Part shown: piece by piece, positions 20,540 through 30,123 of the stretch | How the letters are laid out: each line of letters starts with the position of its first letter | How positions within the stretch are numbered: the first letter of the stretch is position 1 | Assembly (NCBI GenBank): GCA_947649355.1 | Contig: CANSRG010000002.1 | Coordinates: 1 to 61,823, forward strand | Direction: 5' to 3' | DNA: 61,823 nt | Origin: an uncultured Mycoplasmatota bacterium | Lineage (GTDB): Bacteria > Bacillota_I > Bacilli_A > RF39 > UBA660 | Position numbers and translations under genes: made by a program | The notes under the pieces: generated by a model | What the model was told of the DNA's origin: nothing | Databases searched by the model: none | The model's input: the letters and a program-made list of their open reading frames with translations, nothing else

Positions 20540-22087
20540 ATGGAAAATAAAAATTATTATATTAGTACTGCGATTGCTTATGCATCTAGTAAACCACATA
20601 TAGGAAATACTTATGAGATTGTTTTAGCTGATGCCATTGCGCGTTTTAAAAGAAGTAGAGGTTTTCATGTTTATTTTCAAACTGGTACAGATGAACATGG
20701 AGAAAAAATTGAATTAAAGGCAAAGGAAGCAGGTGTAAAACCTCAAGAATATGTAGATAATATTTCCCGGGAAATAAAAGGGGTTTGGGATGTGATGAAT
20801 ACTAGTTATGATAAGTTTGTTCGAACTACTGATTCTCATCACAAAGAAGTAGTAGAACGAATATTTGAAAAATTATATCAGCAAGGTGATATTTATCTTT
20901 CTCAATATGAAGGACTTTATTGTACTCCTTGTGAATCATTTTGGACAGACTCTCAGCTTATTGAAGGAAAATGTCCTGATTGTGGAAGAGAGGTTTTGAA
21001 AAGAAGTGAAGAAGCATATTTCTTTCGTTTATCAAAATACCAAAAGCAATTAGAAGAACATATTCTTACACATCCAGAATTTATTCAACCAGCTGCACGT
21101 AAGAATGAAATGATAAATAATTTTTTAAAGCCTGGTCTACAAGATTTATGTGTTTCTCGTACTTCTTTTGATTGGGGAGTGAAAGTACCATTCAATGAAA
21201 AACATATTGTTTATGTTTGGATTGATGCTTTATCAAATTATATTACAAATATTGGCTATGATGTGGATGGTGGAAACGAACAATTTCAAAAATGGTGGCC
21301 TGCAGATTTGCATTTAATAGGAAAAGATATTTTGCGTTTTCATACTATTTATTGGCCTATTCTTCTAATGGCTTTAAATTTACCTTTGCCTAAACAAATT
21401 TTTGGACATCCTTGGCTGTTGTATGGAAATGATAAAATGAGTAAAAGTAAAGGAAATATTTTGTATGCTGATGATTTAGTGAAACAATTTGGAGTAGACG
21501 CGATTCGTTATTATGTTTTACATGAAATTCCATTTCAAAATGATGGAACTATTTCTTATGAACTTATTATGGAACGAATCAATGGTGATTTAGCGAATGT
21601 TCTTGGAAATTTAGTACAAAGAACTATTTCAATGGCTCAAAAATATTTTGACGGGAAGGTTTTAAATTTGAAGGTAAGAGAATCTTTAGATGATGAGTAT
21701 CTTCAAAGTATAAATTCTCTATCTTCCTTAGTAGATTTAAAAATGGAGAAATTGGAAATTGGTCAAGCTTTGGATGTTATTTTTGATGTTTTAAGAAAAT
21801 CTAATAAATATATTGATGAAACATTACCATGGGTTTTAGCAAAAGAGGAACATACAAAAGATAGATTAGAAACTGTTTTATATCATTTATTAGAAAGTAT
21901 TCGTGTTTGTGCACTTGAATTAAGTCCATTTATGCCTGAAACTAGTACTGAGATATTAAGACAACTTCATTCAGAAGATTTAGAACATAACTTTGTCGAA
22001 GATCATATTTATCAGGTTTTAAATCCTAGTCCTTTATTTCAAAGAATTGATATAACAAAAAAATTAGAAGAACTTGGTGTAAAGTGA
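20540..22087 (+). CDS. metG: methionine--tRNA ligase
   Basis: 515 aa from ATG 20540 (MENKNYYISTAI). HIGH-type PHIGN, KMSKS, and zinc knuckles CTPCESF / CPDCGRE. The ORF-track start 20465 lies inside the T-box terminator. Confidence 0.95.
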   Translation: MENKNYYISTAIAYASSKPHIGNTYEIVLADAIARFKRSRGFHVYFQTGTDEHGEKIELKAKEAGVKPQEYVDNISREIKGVWDVMNTSYDKFVRTTDSHHKEVVERIFEKLYQQGDIYLSQYEGLYCTPCESFWTDSQLIEGKCPDCGREVLKRSEEAYFFRLSKYQKQLEEHILTHPEFIQPAARKNEMINNFLKPGLQDLCVSRTSFDWGVKVPFNEKHIVYVWIDALSNYITNIGYDVDGGNEQFQKWWPADLHLIGKDILRFHTIYWPILLMALNLPLPKQIFGHPWLLYGNDKMSKSKGNILYADDLVKQFGVDAIRYYVLHEIPFQNDGTISYELIMERINGDLANVLGNLVQRTISMAQKYFDGKVLNLKVRESLDDEYLQSINSLSSLVDLKMEKLEIGQALDVIFDVLRKSNKYIDETLPWVLAKEEHTKDRLETVLYHLLESIRVCALELSPFMPETSTEILRQLHSEDLEHNFVEDHIYQVLNPSPLFQRIDITKKLEELGVK

Positions 22088-22150
22088 AGGATGTAATATT
22101 TCCTTTTTTTTCTTTTTCTTGTATAATTTTGGTTAGAATAGGGTGATACT

Positions 22151-24085
22151 ATGTTTGGAAAAATTTTATATATTAGTGATAATATTGCTTTTATTGAAAA
22201 TAAAATGACAGAAGATGTTGGAGCAGATTTATTAAATCTTCATTTAGTGTTTGAGCAAGGGGAGCATAAAGTATTAAGTGAGATTACAGAAATTAAAGAT
22301 GATGAAATTCGTGTAAAGTTTTTAGGTGAGTTTGTCGATGGTCATTATCGTAATGGTATTTTAAGAAAGGCTAGTTTATCTAGTACTATTCGACCTATAA
22401 AACCAGAAGAATTGATTTTGTTAGTTGGAGAGCAATCCAAACAAAATTTTGTGTTAGGTCAAAGTGCTACTTATAAAGATGCTTTAATATGTCCTAATAT
22501 TAACGATTTATTAGCAAGTCATTTTTGTATTTTTGGAAATTCAGGTGCTGGTAAATCTTGTGGTGTCGCAAGAATTGTTCAAAATCTTTTGTCTAATAAA
22601 TTTTCTTTAGCTTATAATGCAAATTTATTGTTTTTTGATTCTTTTGGAGAATATAAAACGGCTTTTAATAGTATCAATACTATTAACCCTTATTATAGTT
22701 ATAAATTTATTACTTCTCGGATAAAAGATAATGATGATCAACTTATAAATATTCCTATGAATTTACTTAAAGTAGATGATTTGGCAGTATTACTTCAAGC
22801 GGATAAGCATTCTCAGTTAACTATTATTGACCGTGCAATGCAGTTAGCTAAAATCTTTTCTTTAGATACAACTGATTCTCATCGTTATAAAAATAATATT
22901 ATTGCAAGTGCTTTAATTACTGTTTTATATAGTTCTCAAACGACAGATAAGAAAAAAGATGAAATATTTCGCATTATAAATACTTGTCATACTCCTGAGT
23001 TTAATTTAGATACTGATATTCCAGGTGTTGGTTATACAAGAACTTTTGCAGAATGTTTTCAAATTGATTCTCGAGGAAAATTTGGAGAAGAAGTGTTAAT
23101 TACAGAATATATTTTGAAATTTATTGATGAATCTTTAATTATAGATGCAAATTTAAATACAACAACTTTTACTTTGAATGACTTTTCAAAAGCGCTTGAT
23201 TTTGCACTTATTAGTGAAGGATTTCAAAATAATCAAAATTTACTGGATGATGCTCAGTTATTAAAGGTTCGTTTATATTCTTTAATTCATGGTCCTGTTG
23301 GTAAGTTATTTACTGGTGATAAAGTTATTACTCCTGGGGAATTTATTACCTCTTTAGTAAGTAATAATAATAAAAAAGCTCAAATTATCAATATCAATTT
23401 GGAAGGGTTAGATGATGCGGTTTCTAAATCTATTGTTAAAATTTATTCTCGTTTGGTTTTTGATTTTTCAAAAGATAATGCAAATCGAGCTACAATTCCT
23501 TTTCATTTATTTTTAGAGGAAGCACATAGATATGTTCAAAAAGATAATGATGTATTTTTACTTGGATATAATATATTTGATCGTATCGCGAAAGAAGGAC
23601 GTAAATACGGAGTATTACTTGGCATTATTTCACAAAGGCCGATGGAAATTAGTGATACTGTTATTGCTCAATGTTCAAATTTCTTGATTTTTAAAATGAC
23701 ACATCCAAAAGATATTAAATATATTGAAGAAATGCTACCTAATATTAGTCAAGATGTTATTGAGAAAATGAAAATTTTACAACCTGGTACTTGTGTTGCT
23801 TTTGGAAGTGCATTTAAGATTCCAATGATTGTTAAACTTGATATGCCAAACCCAAGGCCTTATTCTTCTTCTTGTGATGTGTCGACTTACTGGGATTCTA
23901 AGACTGATATTTCTGAAGGAATTTCTAAAGAAATGATGGGAAATCAATTTGGGGCGATGAATACTAGTGTTGCAGTTTCTCAGTTAGAAAGCGGTTCTGT
24001 AGATATGGGAATTCCTATTAAAAAAGAAGAAGTGGTTGTTTCTGAAAATAAATTTTTAAGTTCAGATGATATTGAAACTTTGTAA
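22151..24085 (+). CDS. HerA/FtsK-superfamily (DUF87-type) P-loop ATPase, orphan
   Basis: 644 aa. N-terminal beta-barrel-like segment, Walker A GNSGAGKS (~22535-22558), Walker B FHLFLEEAHRY, and HerA-like ISQRPMEISDTVIAQCSNFLIFKM. Own extended -10 TGTATAAT at 22120-22127. No NurA, Sir2 or other usual partner gene adjacent. Confidence 0.75.
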   Translation: MFGKILYISDNIAFIENKMTEDVGADLLNLHLVFEQGEHKVLSEITEIKDDEIRVKFLGEFVDGHYRNGILRKASLSSTIRPIKPEELILLVGEQSKQNFVLGQSATYKDALICPNINDLLASHFCIFGNSGAGKSCGVARIVQNLLSNKFSLAYNANLLFFDSFGEYKTAFNSINTINPYYSYKFITSRIKDNDDQLINIPMNLLKVDDLAVLLQADKHSQLTIIDRAMQLAKIFSLDTTDSHRYKNNIIASALITVLYSSQTTDKKKDEIFRIINTCHTPEFNLDTDIPGVGYTRTFAECFQIDSRGKFGEEVLITEYILKFIDESLIIDANLNTTTFTLNDFSKALDFALISEGFQNNQNLLDDAQLLKVRLYSLIHGPVGKLFTGDKVITPGEFITSLVSNNNKKAQIININLEGLDDAVSKSIVKIYSRLVFDFSKDNANRATIPFHLFLEEAHRYVQKDNDVFLLGYNIFDRIAKEGRKYGVLLGIISQRPMEISDTVIAQCSNFLIFKMTHPKDIKYIEEMLPNISQDVIEKMKILQPGTCVAFGSAFKIPMIVKLDMPNPRPYSSSCDVSTYWDSKTDISEGISKEMMGNQFGAMNTSVAVSQLESGSVDMGIPIKKEEVVVSENKFLSSDDIETL

Positions 24086-24147
24086 AAAAGCTTTAATAGT
24101 AAATGTTCTTTTATTAGAAAAAAGTTCTTTTTTTCTTTTTTTTTTCA

Positions 24148-24156
24148 TGTTATACT
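24148..24156 (+). promoter_or_regulatory. extended -10 element upstream of the T7SS-like operon
   Basis: TGtTATACT 33 nt upstream of ATG 24189, after a long T-rich tract. No clear -35. Confidence 0.4.
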
Positions 24157-24188
24157 GGATATATAAAATAGGAAAAGGGGTTAGAGTT

Positions 24189-24428
24189 ATGTCACAATAC
24201 AAATGTCCTTTTTGTGGGAAAGACATTCATCCTGGAGATCAGGTTTGTCTTTTTTGTGGAAAAAAAATTCCTAATGTTACTATGACAATTCAAGATTTAA
24301 ATTCTAAAAATAGTATGAATATAACCACCAAAAAAAATAAAACAATTTTTTATTTATCTGTTAGTTTAGTATGTGTTATGATTTTAGTTTCATTTCTCAT
24401 AGTATGGTTTGGTATTATAAAGGGGTAA
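24189..24428 (+). CDS. zinc-ribbon, single-pass membrane protein (first gene of the T7SS-like operon)
   Basis: 79 aa from ATG 24189 (RBS AAAGGGG). CPFCGK...CLFCGK zinc ribbon and a C-terminal TM FYLSVSLVCVMILVSFLIVWFGII. The ORF-track start 24066 overlaps the upstream gene. Confidence 0.6.
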   Translation: MSQYKCPFCGKDIHPGDQVCLFCGKKIPNVTMTIQDLNSKNSMNITTKKNKTIFYLSVSLVCVMILVSFLIVWFGIIKG

Positions 24429-24430
24429 AT

Positions 24431-24685
24431 ATGAAAAATAAAATATATGTAATTGTATCAGTTCCAATGATTGAACAAGATTTTGATATGTATCTTCCTA
24501 CTCAAAAAAGAGTTGGTTCTATTAAGTCTTTAATTATAAAAATTGTTGAAGAAGAAAGTGATTTTAATTTTATAGATGATGGGTGTAAATATTTATATTA
24601 CAAGTCAACAGGGGAAAAGATTGACGATAATGAGTTTTTGAAATATAGTCAAATTAAAAATGGTACAAGGCTCATTTTATATTAG
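24431..24685 (+). CDS. esaB: YukD/EsaB-like ubiquitin-fold T7SS protein
   Basis: 84 aa from ATG 24431. Beta-grasp-like pattern ending LKYSQIKNGTRLILY (B. subtilis YukD ends LSDCGITNGDRLEIL). Immediately precedes essC. Confidence 0.7.
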   Translation: MKNKIYVIVSVPMIEQDFDMYLPTQKRVGSIKSLIIKIVEEESDFNFIDDGCKYLYYKSTGEKIDDNEFLKYSQIKNGTRLILY

Positions 24686-24700
24686 AAGGGAAGTTCCTTT

Positions 24701-27700
24701 ATGCAAATTACAGTAATTAAAAAAAATAAATTAAATGTTTTTACTTTGCCTAAAGTTGTAAATGGTAATTTTTGGATTACTGATTATGAAAATGGACGTA
24801 AAATCAATTTGATAAATATTGAAGCCACAGAAAATGGATGGCAAATTATTAGTAATCAAAATGCTTTTGTTGTAGACAATAAAGATATTATGATTCCTTA
24901 TGTTTTATTAAAAGATTATTCCTTTTATTTGTTAAAAAATAATTATAAAAATGAAAAGTATTATATCTATTGTAGCCCAGTTTATGAACAAAATTATATG
25001 GAGCTTGGGTTTTTACCAAATGATATCTTAGAAGTAGGAAGTGGCAAAGGAAATTCCATTAGTTATTCTTTATCTGGAGTACCAGATAAATCGTTTACTA
25101 TTTCTAAAAAAGAAAATGATTTTTATCTTACTATTACTGATAATAAATCTGCTGTTTATGTAAATCATCAAAGAGTTTTTCATTATAAAATGATTACATA
25201 TGGAGATATAATCTTTACATTTGGTTTAAAAGTTATACTAATGCGTAAAGAAAGTACAGATTATTTTTTAGTAAATAATCCTGGTAATTTGTTACAATTT
25301 AATGCAGCGATGGTTAATGTTGTTGCAAATAAAAGTCAGTTTTTAGATGATCATCAAATTTTAAACGATGATACTTTTGGTACAACTGATACTTTTTATC
25401 GTACACCTCACTTTTATAAATCTTTAAAACATTTTACTTTAGAGATTGATGCTCCTCCTCAAAAGAAAGATGATAACGATACACCTGTTTTATTAACTTT
25501 AGGGCCAATGCTTACAATGTCTACTACTTCTGTGATGATGTTATTAACCCAATTTAATTCTGTAGCTAAAGGAGAAAAAGACTTAGATTCTTCTATAACG
25601 TCTATGATAAGTGCAGGTGTTATGCTTGCTAGTTGTTTACTATGGCCACTTTTAACGAAAGCTTATAAAAAATATTCTGATAAAAGGTATGAAAGAAAAA
25701 GACAGAAAGCTTATCGTAAATATATTGATAAAAAAGAAATTGAAATTACAAATGAATTGCAAAATCAAAGAAATGCGTTAATAGATAATTATTTTTCTGT
25801 TTCGAAGTGTCAAGAAATTATAAGAGCACATAATGTTCAACTTTGGCAAAAACGTATTACTGATGATGATTTTTTAACATTGCCTATTGGAGTTGGAAAT
25901 GTTCCAATGCAAATTGATATAAAATATCCAGAAGAGCATTTTTCTTTAGAAGAAGATAATCTTTTGGATATGGTTCATGAATTAGGACAGAAGAAGCGAA
26001 TTTTACAAGATGTACCAATTACTTATTCTTTTTATGAAAATATTATTACAGGAATAGTAGGAGAAAATACAGTAACAAAAGCTTTTATTGACCGTGTGGT
26101 TTTACAAATTATGGCAAATTATAGTTATGATGAAGTTAAAATTGTTACTTTTACTTCCATGGATAATGAAAAAAGTTGGGATTATATTAAGACAATTCCT
26201 CATAGTTGGTCTAATGACAGAACTTTACGTTATTTTGGGGCTTCTAATGAAGATTATCGTGAAATGATATATTCTTTAGATAAAATTTTTCAAGAACGAA
26301 AAGAAATGAATTATAAAAGTAAAATCATGCCTCATTATATTATTATTACAGATGCAATTAAGTCTATTGATACTTATGATTTTATTAAAAATTTAATGAG
26401 TTTTTCTAATTTTATTGGATTTAGTATGATTTTGTTAGTGGATAGAATTTCTGCTTTACCAAATGAATGTAAAAATTTTATGGAAGTTAGTAAGCAAGAA
26501 TGTAATATTTTTCAAAGTGAATTAAATGCTGAAGTGCAGAAATTTACTATTGATTTTTCTTCTACAGATTCTATTTATCGATGTGCAGAAGAATTAGCTA
26601 ATATTAAAGTAGATATTAAAACAGAAGTGGAAGCAAGTTTACCAGATACTTATCAGTTTTTAGAGATGTATCAAGTAGGTAAGGTAGGGCAGTTAAATTC
26701 TTTAGAAAGATGGAAAAAAAATAATCCTGTTCTTTCTTTACAAGCACCGATTGGAATTGGAAAAAGTGGAGAAATTATTACACTTGATTTACATGAAAAA
26801 TATCATGGACCACATGGTCTAGTTGCTGGTACTACAGGTTCTGGTAAATCAGAATTTATTATTAGTTTTGTATTATCATTAGCAGTTAATTATCATCCTT
26901 ATGAAGTACAAGTCATTTTAATAGATTATAAAGGTGGTAGTTTAGCTGGAGCATTTTTAAGTGATCGTTATCAACTTCCGCATCTTACAGGTACAATTAC
27001 AAATTTAGATGGAAATGAATTAAATCGTTCTTTGGCATCGATTGAAAGTGAAGTGAAAAGAAGACAAAGGGAATTTAATGAGGCTAGAGAAATTGCAAAT
27101 GAAAGTACAATAGATATTTATAAATATCAAAGACTTTGGCGAGAAGGTAAATTAAAGGATAAAGAACCAATAGCTCATTTATTTATTATTAGTGATGAAT
27201 TTGCGGAGTTAAAAGAACAACAACCAGAATTTATGGATAAACTAATTTCTGTAGCGCGTGTGGGAAGAAGTTTGGGAGTTCATTTGATTTTAGCTACTCA
27301 AAAACCAGGTGGTGTGGTAAATGCTCAAATATGGTCAAATACAAGATTTCGTGTTTGTTTAAAAGTTCAAGATACAGGAGATTCTCAAGAAGTATTAAAA
27401 AAACCTGATGCAGCTTATTTAAAAAGAACAGGACGCTTTTATTTGCAAGTTGGTTATGATGAAGTGTATACTTTAGGACAATCTGCGTGGGCAGGTGGAC
27501 AATATTATCCTAATACAACTTTTCAAAAAGAAGTAGATACTAGTGTAAATACTATTAACAATGTTGCTTATATTACAACTTCAAAAGAGAACGATGTGAA
27601 AGAAAAGTCGGAGTCTTTAGGAGAAGAACTTCCTAATATTGTAAAATATTTAAGTGATATTGCAAGAGATGAAAATATTCATGTACGTAAATTATGGCTT

Positions 27701-29299
27701 GATAAGATTCCAGCATATATTTTTATTGATTCTTTAAAAAGTAAGTATCATTTTGTACGAACAAATTTTGAAATAAATCCAATAATTGGAGAATATGATG
27801 ATCCATCAACTCAAAAACAATTTTTGTTAAATGTTCCTTTTTCTTCTAATGGAAATGCAATTGTTTATGGAATTGCAGGAAGTGGAAAAGAACAATTTAT
27901 TAGTTCGTTAATTTATTCTTGTATGACTACTTATGCACCAGAAGAAGTAAATTTTTATGTTATGGATTTTGGAGCTGAAACACTTCGCATGTTTAAAGAT
28001 AGTCCTTATGTTGGCGATGTTGTTTATGTTAATGATACAGATAAAGTAGTTAATCTTTTTAAAATGCTTACAGATGAGCTTACTAAAAGAAAACAACTAT
28101 TTGCTAATTATGGTGGAAATTATAATTCGTATATTAAAAGTAAAGTGGGTTATTTGGCAAATTATATTGTAGTTATTAACAATTTTGAAGCTTTTACAGA
28201 AAATTATGAAGAAAAGATGGAGTTATTAAATCAACTGTCAAGAGACTCATTTAAGTATGGTATATTTTTTCTTATTTCTGCAAGTAACGATAGTGCAGTT
28301 CGTTTAAGAACTCGTCAAAATTTTTCTTTGATTTATGCTTTACAACAAAATGATGAATCAGATTATTCTTCTCTTTTAGGGAATGCTCGTGGAAAAACTC
28401 CAGCAAAAATTAAGGGACGTGGACTTTTCAAAAAGGAGACAATTTATGAATTTCAAACGGCAAGTATTGTAAAAGAAGAGGAAGATTTGGGACATTATAT
28501 TAAAAAATATTGTGAAGCATTGTTAACAAAAACTACTTATCGTGCTAAAAGAATTCCTATTTTACCAGAAGTTGTAGATTATGAAGTTATTAAAAATGAT
28601 TTTGTTTATGACTATAATTTAGTAGTTGGAGTAAATAAAAATGATTTATCTATTGAAAAATATAATTTTAAGAAAAATGTTGCTCATTTAATTTCTAGTT
28701 ATGAAATTGAAGATACTTATCATTTTGTAAACGCTTTAGCAAGAGAGGCAATGGATATTAAAAATGCTGATTTCTTATTTATGAATTCGACAGACTTTTC
28801 TTTTGTAGATTCTCCATTTCAAAATAAACTTTATTCTAAACAATTTGATATAGTATTTGAAAAAATTGCTTCTTTTGTAGATACTGTTTATGAGAAATAT
28901 GAAGCAAGTGATTTTTCTGATGAGGTTTTAATGAACCACAAGAGTATGATTTGTTTTGTTTATGGTATGTATGATATTTTCAATAAATTAAAAGACGATA
29001 CAAAGAAATTGTTAGCTCCGATGATGAAGAAGAATGCTCAAATGAATTTGGTTTCTTTTGTAATGATTGATAGTCCAGATTTAATTCGTACCTTTCTTTA
29101 TGAAGAGTGGTTTAAGGTTGGTGTAGATACTTCAAGAGGTATATGGATTGGTAGTGGAGTTGGTGAGCAATCTTTAATTCGTGTTTCTAAATTGGCTCGT
29201 GAAGATAGAGAAGATATTCCTAAAGATTACGGATTTCTTATTCAAAATTCTAAAGCTGCTCGGATTAAATTGTTACAAGAATACGAAAAAGAAAGCTAG
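24701..29299 (+). CDS. essC: type VII secretion FtsK/SpoIIIE-family ATPase EssC
   Basis: 1532 aa. FHA-like N-terminal domains, two TM segments (aa ~265-320), ATPase D1 with GTTGSGKSE (aa 710-718, nt 26828-26854) and DEFAEL. D2 has GIAGSGKE (aa 1057-1064) but a non-acidic Walker B position (VVINNFEAF). D3 has no recognisable P-loop. Confidence 0.92.
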   Translation: MQITVIKKNKLNVFTLPKVVNGNFWITDYENGRKINLINIEATENGWQIISNQNAFVVDNKDIMIPYVLLKDYSFYLLKNNYKNEKYYIYCSPVYEQNYMELGFLPNDILEVGSGKGNSISYSLSGVPDKSFTISKKENDFYLTITDNKSAVYVNHQRVFHYKMITYGDIIFTFGLKVILMRKESTDYFLVNNPGNLLQFNAAMVNVVANKSQFLDDHQILNDDTFGTTDTFYRTPHFYKSLKHFTLEIDAPPQKKDDNDTPVLLTLGPMLTMSTTSVMMLLTQFNSVAKGEKDLDSSITSMISAGVMLASCLLWPLLTKAYKKYSDKRYERKRQKAYRKYIDKKEIEITNELQNQRNALIDNYFSVSKCQEIIRAHNVQLWQKRITDDDFLTLPIGVGNVPMQIDIKYPEEHFSLEEDNLLDMVHELGQKKRILQDVPITYSFYENIITGIVGENTVTKAFIDRVVLQIMANYSYDEVKIVTFTSMDNEKSWDYIKTIPHSWSNDRTLRYFGASNEDYREMIYSLDKIFQERKEMNYKSKIMPHYIIITDAIKSIDTYDFIKNLMSFSNFIGFSMILLVDRISALPNECKNFMEVSKQECNIFQSELNAEVQKFTIDFSSTDSIYRCAEELANIKVDIKTEVEASLPDTYQFLEMYQVGKVGQLNSLERWKKNNPVLSLQAPIGIGKSGEIITLDLHEKYHGPHGLVAGTTGSGKSEFIISFVLSLAVNYHPYEVQVILIDYKGGSLAGAFLSDRYQLPHLTGTITNLDGNELNRSLASIESEVKRRQREFNEAREIANESTIDIYKYQRLWREGKLKDKEPIAHLFIISDEFAELKEQQPEFMDKLISVARVGRSLGVHLILATQKPGGVVNAQIWSNTRFRVCLKVQDTGDSQEVLKKPDAAYLKRTGRFYLQVGYDEVYTLGQSAWAGGQYYPNTTFQKEVDTSVNTINNVAYITTSKENDVKEKSESLGEELPNIVKYLSDIARDENIHVRKLWLDKIPAYIFIDSLKSKYHFVRTNFEINPIIGEYDDPSTQKQFLLNVPFSSNGNAIVYGIAGSGKEQFISSLIYSCMTTYAPEEVNFYVMDFGAETLRMFKDSPYVGDVVYVNDTDKVVNLFKMLTDELTKRKQLFANYGGNYNSYIKSKVGYLANYIVVINNFEAFTENYEEKMELLNQLSRDSFKYGIFFLISASNDSAVRLRTRQNFSLIYALQQNDESDYSSLLGNARGKTPAKIKGRGLFKKETIYEFQTASIVKEEEDLGHYIKKYCEALLTKTTYRAKRIPILPEVVDYEVIKNDFVYDYNLVVGVNKNDLSIEKYNFKKNVAHLISSYEIEDTYHFVNALAREAMDIKNADFLFMNSTDFSFVDSPFQNKLYSKQFDIVFEKIASFVDTVYEKYEASDFSDEVLMNHKSMICFVYGMYDIFNKLKDDTKKLLAPMMKKNAQMNLVSFVMIDSPDLIRTFLYEEWFKVGVDTSRGIWIGSGVGEQSLIRVSKLAREDREDIPKDYGFLIQNSKAARIKLLQEYEKES

Positions 29300-29315
29300 A
29301 AATCTAGCTTTTTTA
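29292..29315 (+). terminator. rho-independent terminator after essC
   Basis: AAAGCTAG-aaat-CTAGCTTT hairpin overlapping the essC stop codon, followed by a T-run. Confidence 0.6.
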
Positions 29316-29416
29316 CATTTTGTTTACACGAAAAACTTGTTTTGTTTGACTTTCATTTTTTCTTTGTGTTATTCTTAGAATGAAAGTACAAAGGTACTTA
29401 GGGAGGAAGAAAGAAA

Positions 29417-30061
29417 ATGTTACAAGATAATGCTAGAATTAGTGTAAATGATATGAGTTCAATTGGTTCTTTGTCTCAAAATTTTAATGAGTCATGTAAT
29501 AAAGGAACTGATATTGTAAAAAAATTAAGTGATGCAATTGATACGATGAAAACACAATGGAAAGGTGATGCTGCAAAAGCTCATATTGATAATTTGGGTA
29601 TTGCACATTATAATTTAGGAGTTACTATTGCTAAAATTGAATCTATTTCTGCTTTGGTTCGTACACAAGTTAGTAGAATGATTGAAGCTGAAAATGCAAA
29701 TGGAGCAAATTATCCTACAGTTTCTGCTGCTACTGTGACAACAGGAACTATTTCAAATAATCCAATTGTTGGAGAATCTGGCTCAGCTGTTATCGTAGAT
29801 ACAGAAGAAGCAGATCAAAATTTAGAGTCATTAAAAGGTATTGCTAATCAATACAATGAATTTAAAAGTGATTATGATGCATCTTTAACAAATATTTTCC
29901 AAGTATGGGAATCAGGTGCAGGAAGAGCAGACATCGAATCTTATAATGTAAAATTTGGAAAGGAATCTGAAGAATTTGTAAGAACATTTGATGAAGTTAT
30001 TAAAGCATATGAAACTGCTATTGCAAATTACAAAACTCTTCAAAGTTCTCCTATCGAATAA
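29417..30061 (+). CDS. WXG100-related secreted-substrate candidate, double length
   Basis: 214 aa. W48-K-G50 (nt 29558-29566) in a helix-turn-helix-like N-half, a Thr/Ser/Gly linker, then a second helical half with W164-E-S-G. Strong RBS GGGAGGAAG. Followed by a strong terminator. Confidence 0.65.
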   Translation: MLQDNARISVNDMSSIGSLSQNFNESCNKGTDIVKKLSDAIDTMKTQWKGDAAKAHIDNLGIAHYNLGVTIAKIESISALVRTQVSRMIEAENANGANYPTVSAATVTTGTISNNPIVGESGSAVIVDTEEADQNLESLKGIANQYNEFKSDYDASLTNIFQVWESGAGRADIESYNVKFGKESEEFVRTFDEVIKAYETAIANYKTLQSSPIE

Positions 30062-30089
30062 TTTTAAAATATTTGATTTGAATATTTTG

Positions 30090-30123
30090 GTTGTTGACAA
30101 ATATATTGTCAGCAACTTTTTTC
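30090..30123 (+). terminator. rho-independent terminator
   Basis: GTTGTTGACAA-atata-TTGTCAGCAAC (one G-U pair) followed by TTTTTT. Confidence 0.75.

Noticed and set aside
24066-24188. Upstream extension of the Zn-ribbon protein ORF that overlaps the end of the HerA-like gene.
   Set aside because: It is a low-complexity Phe/Leu-rich translation of a T-rich promoter region. ATG 24189 has an RBS and begins the zinc-ribbon motif.
29181-29378. 65-aa + strand ORF overlapping the 3' end of essC and its terminator.
   Set aside because: It is in an alternative frame of a well-supported gene, has no RBS, and crosses a terminator hairpin.
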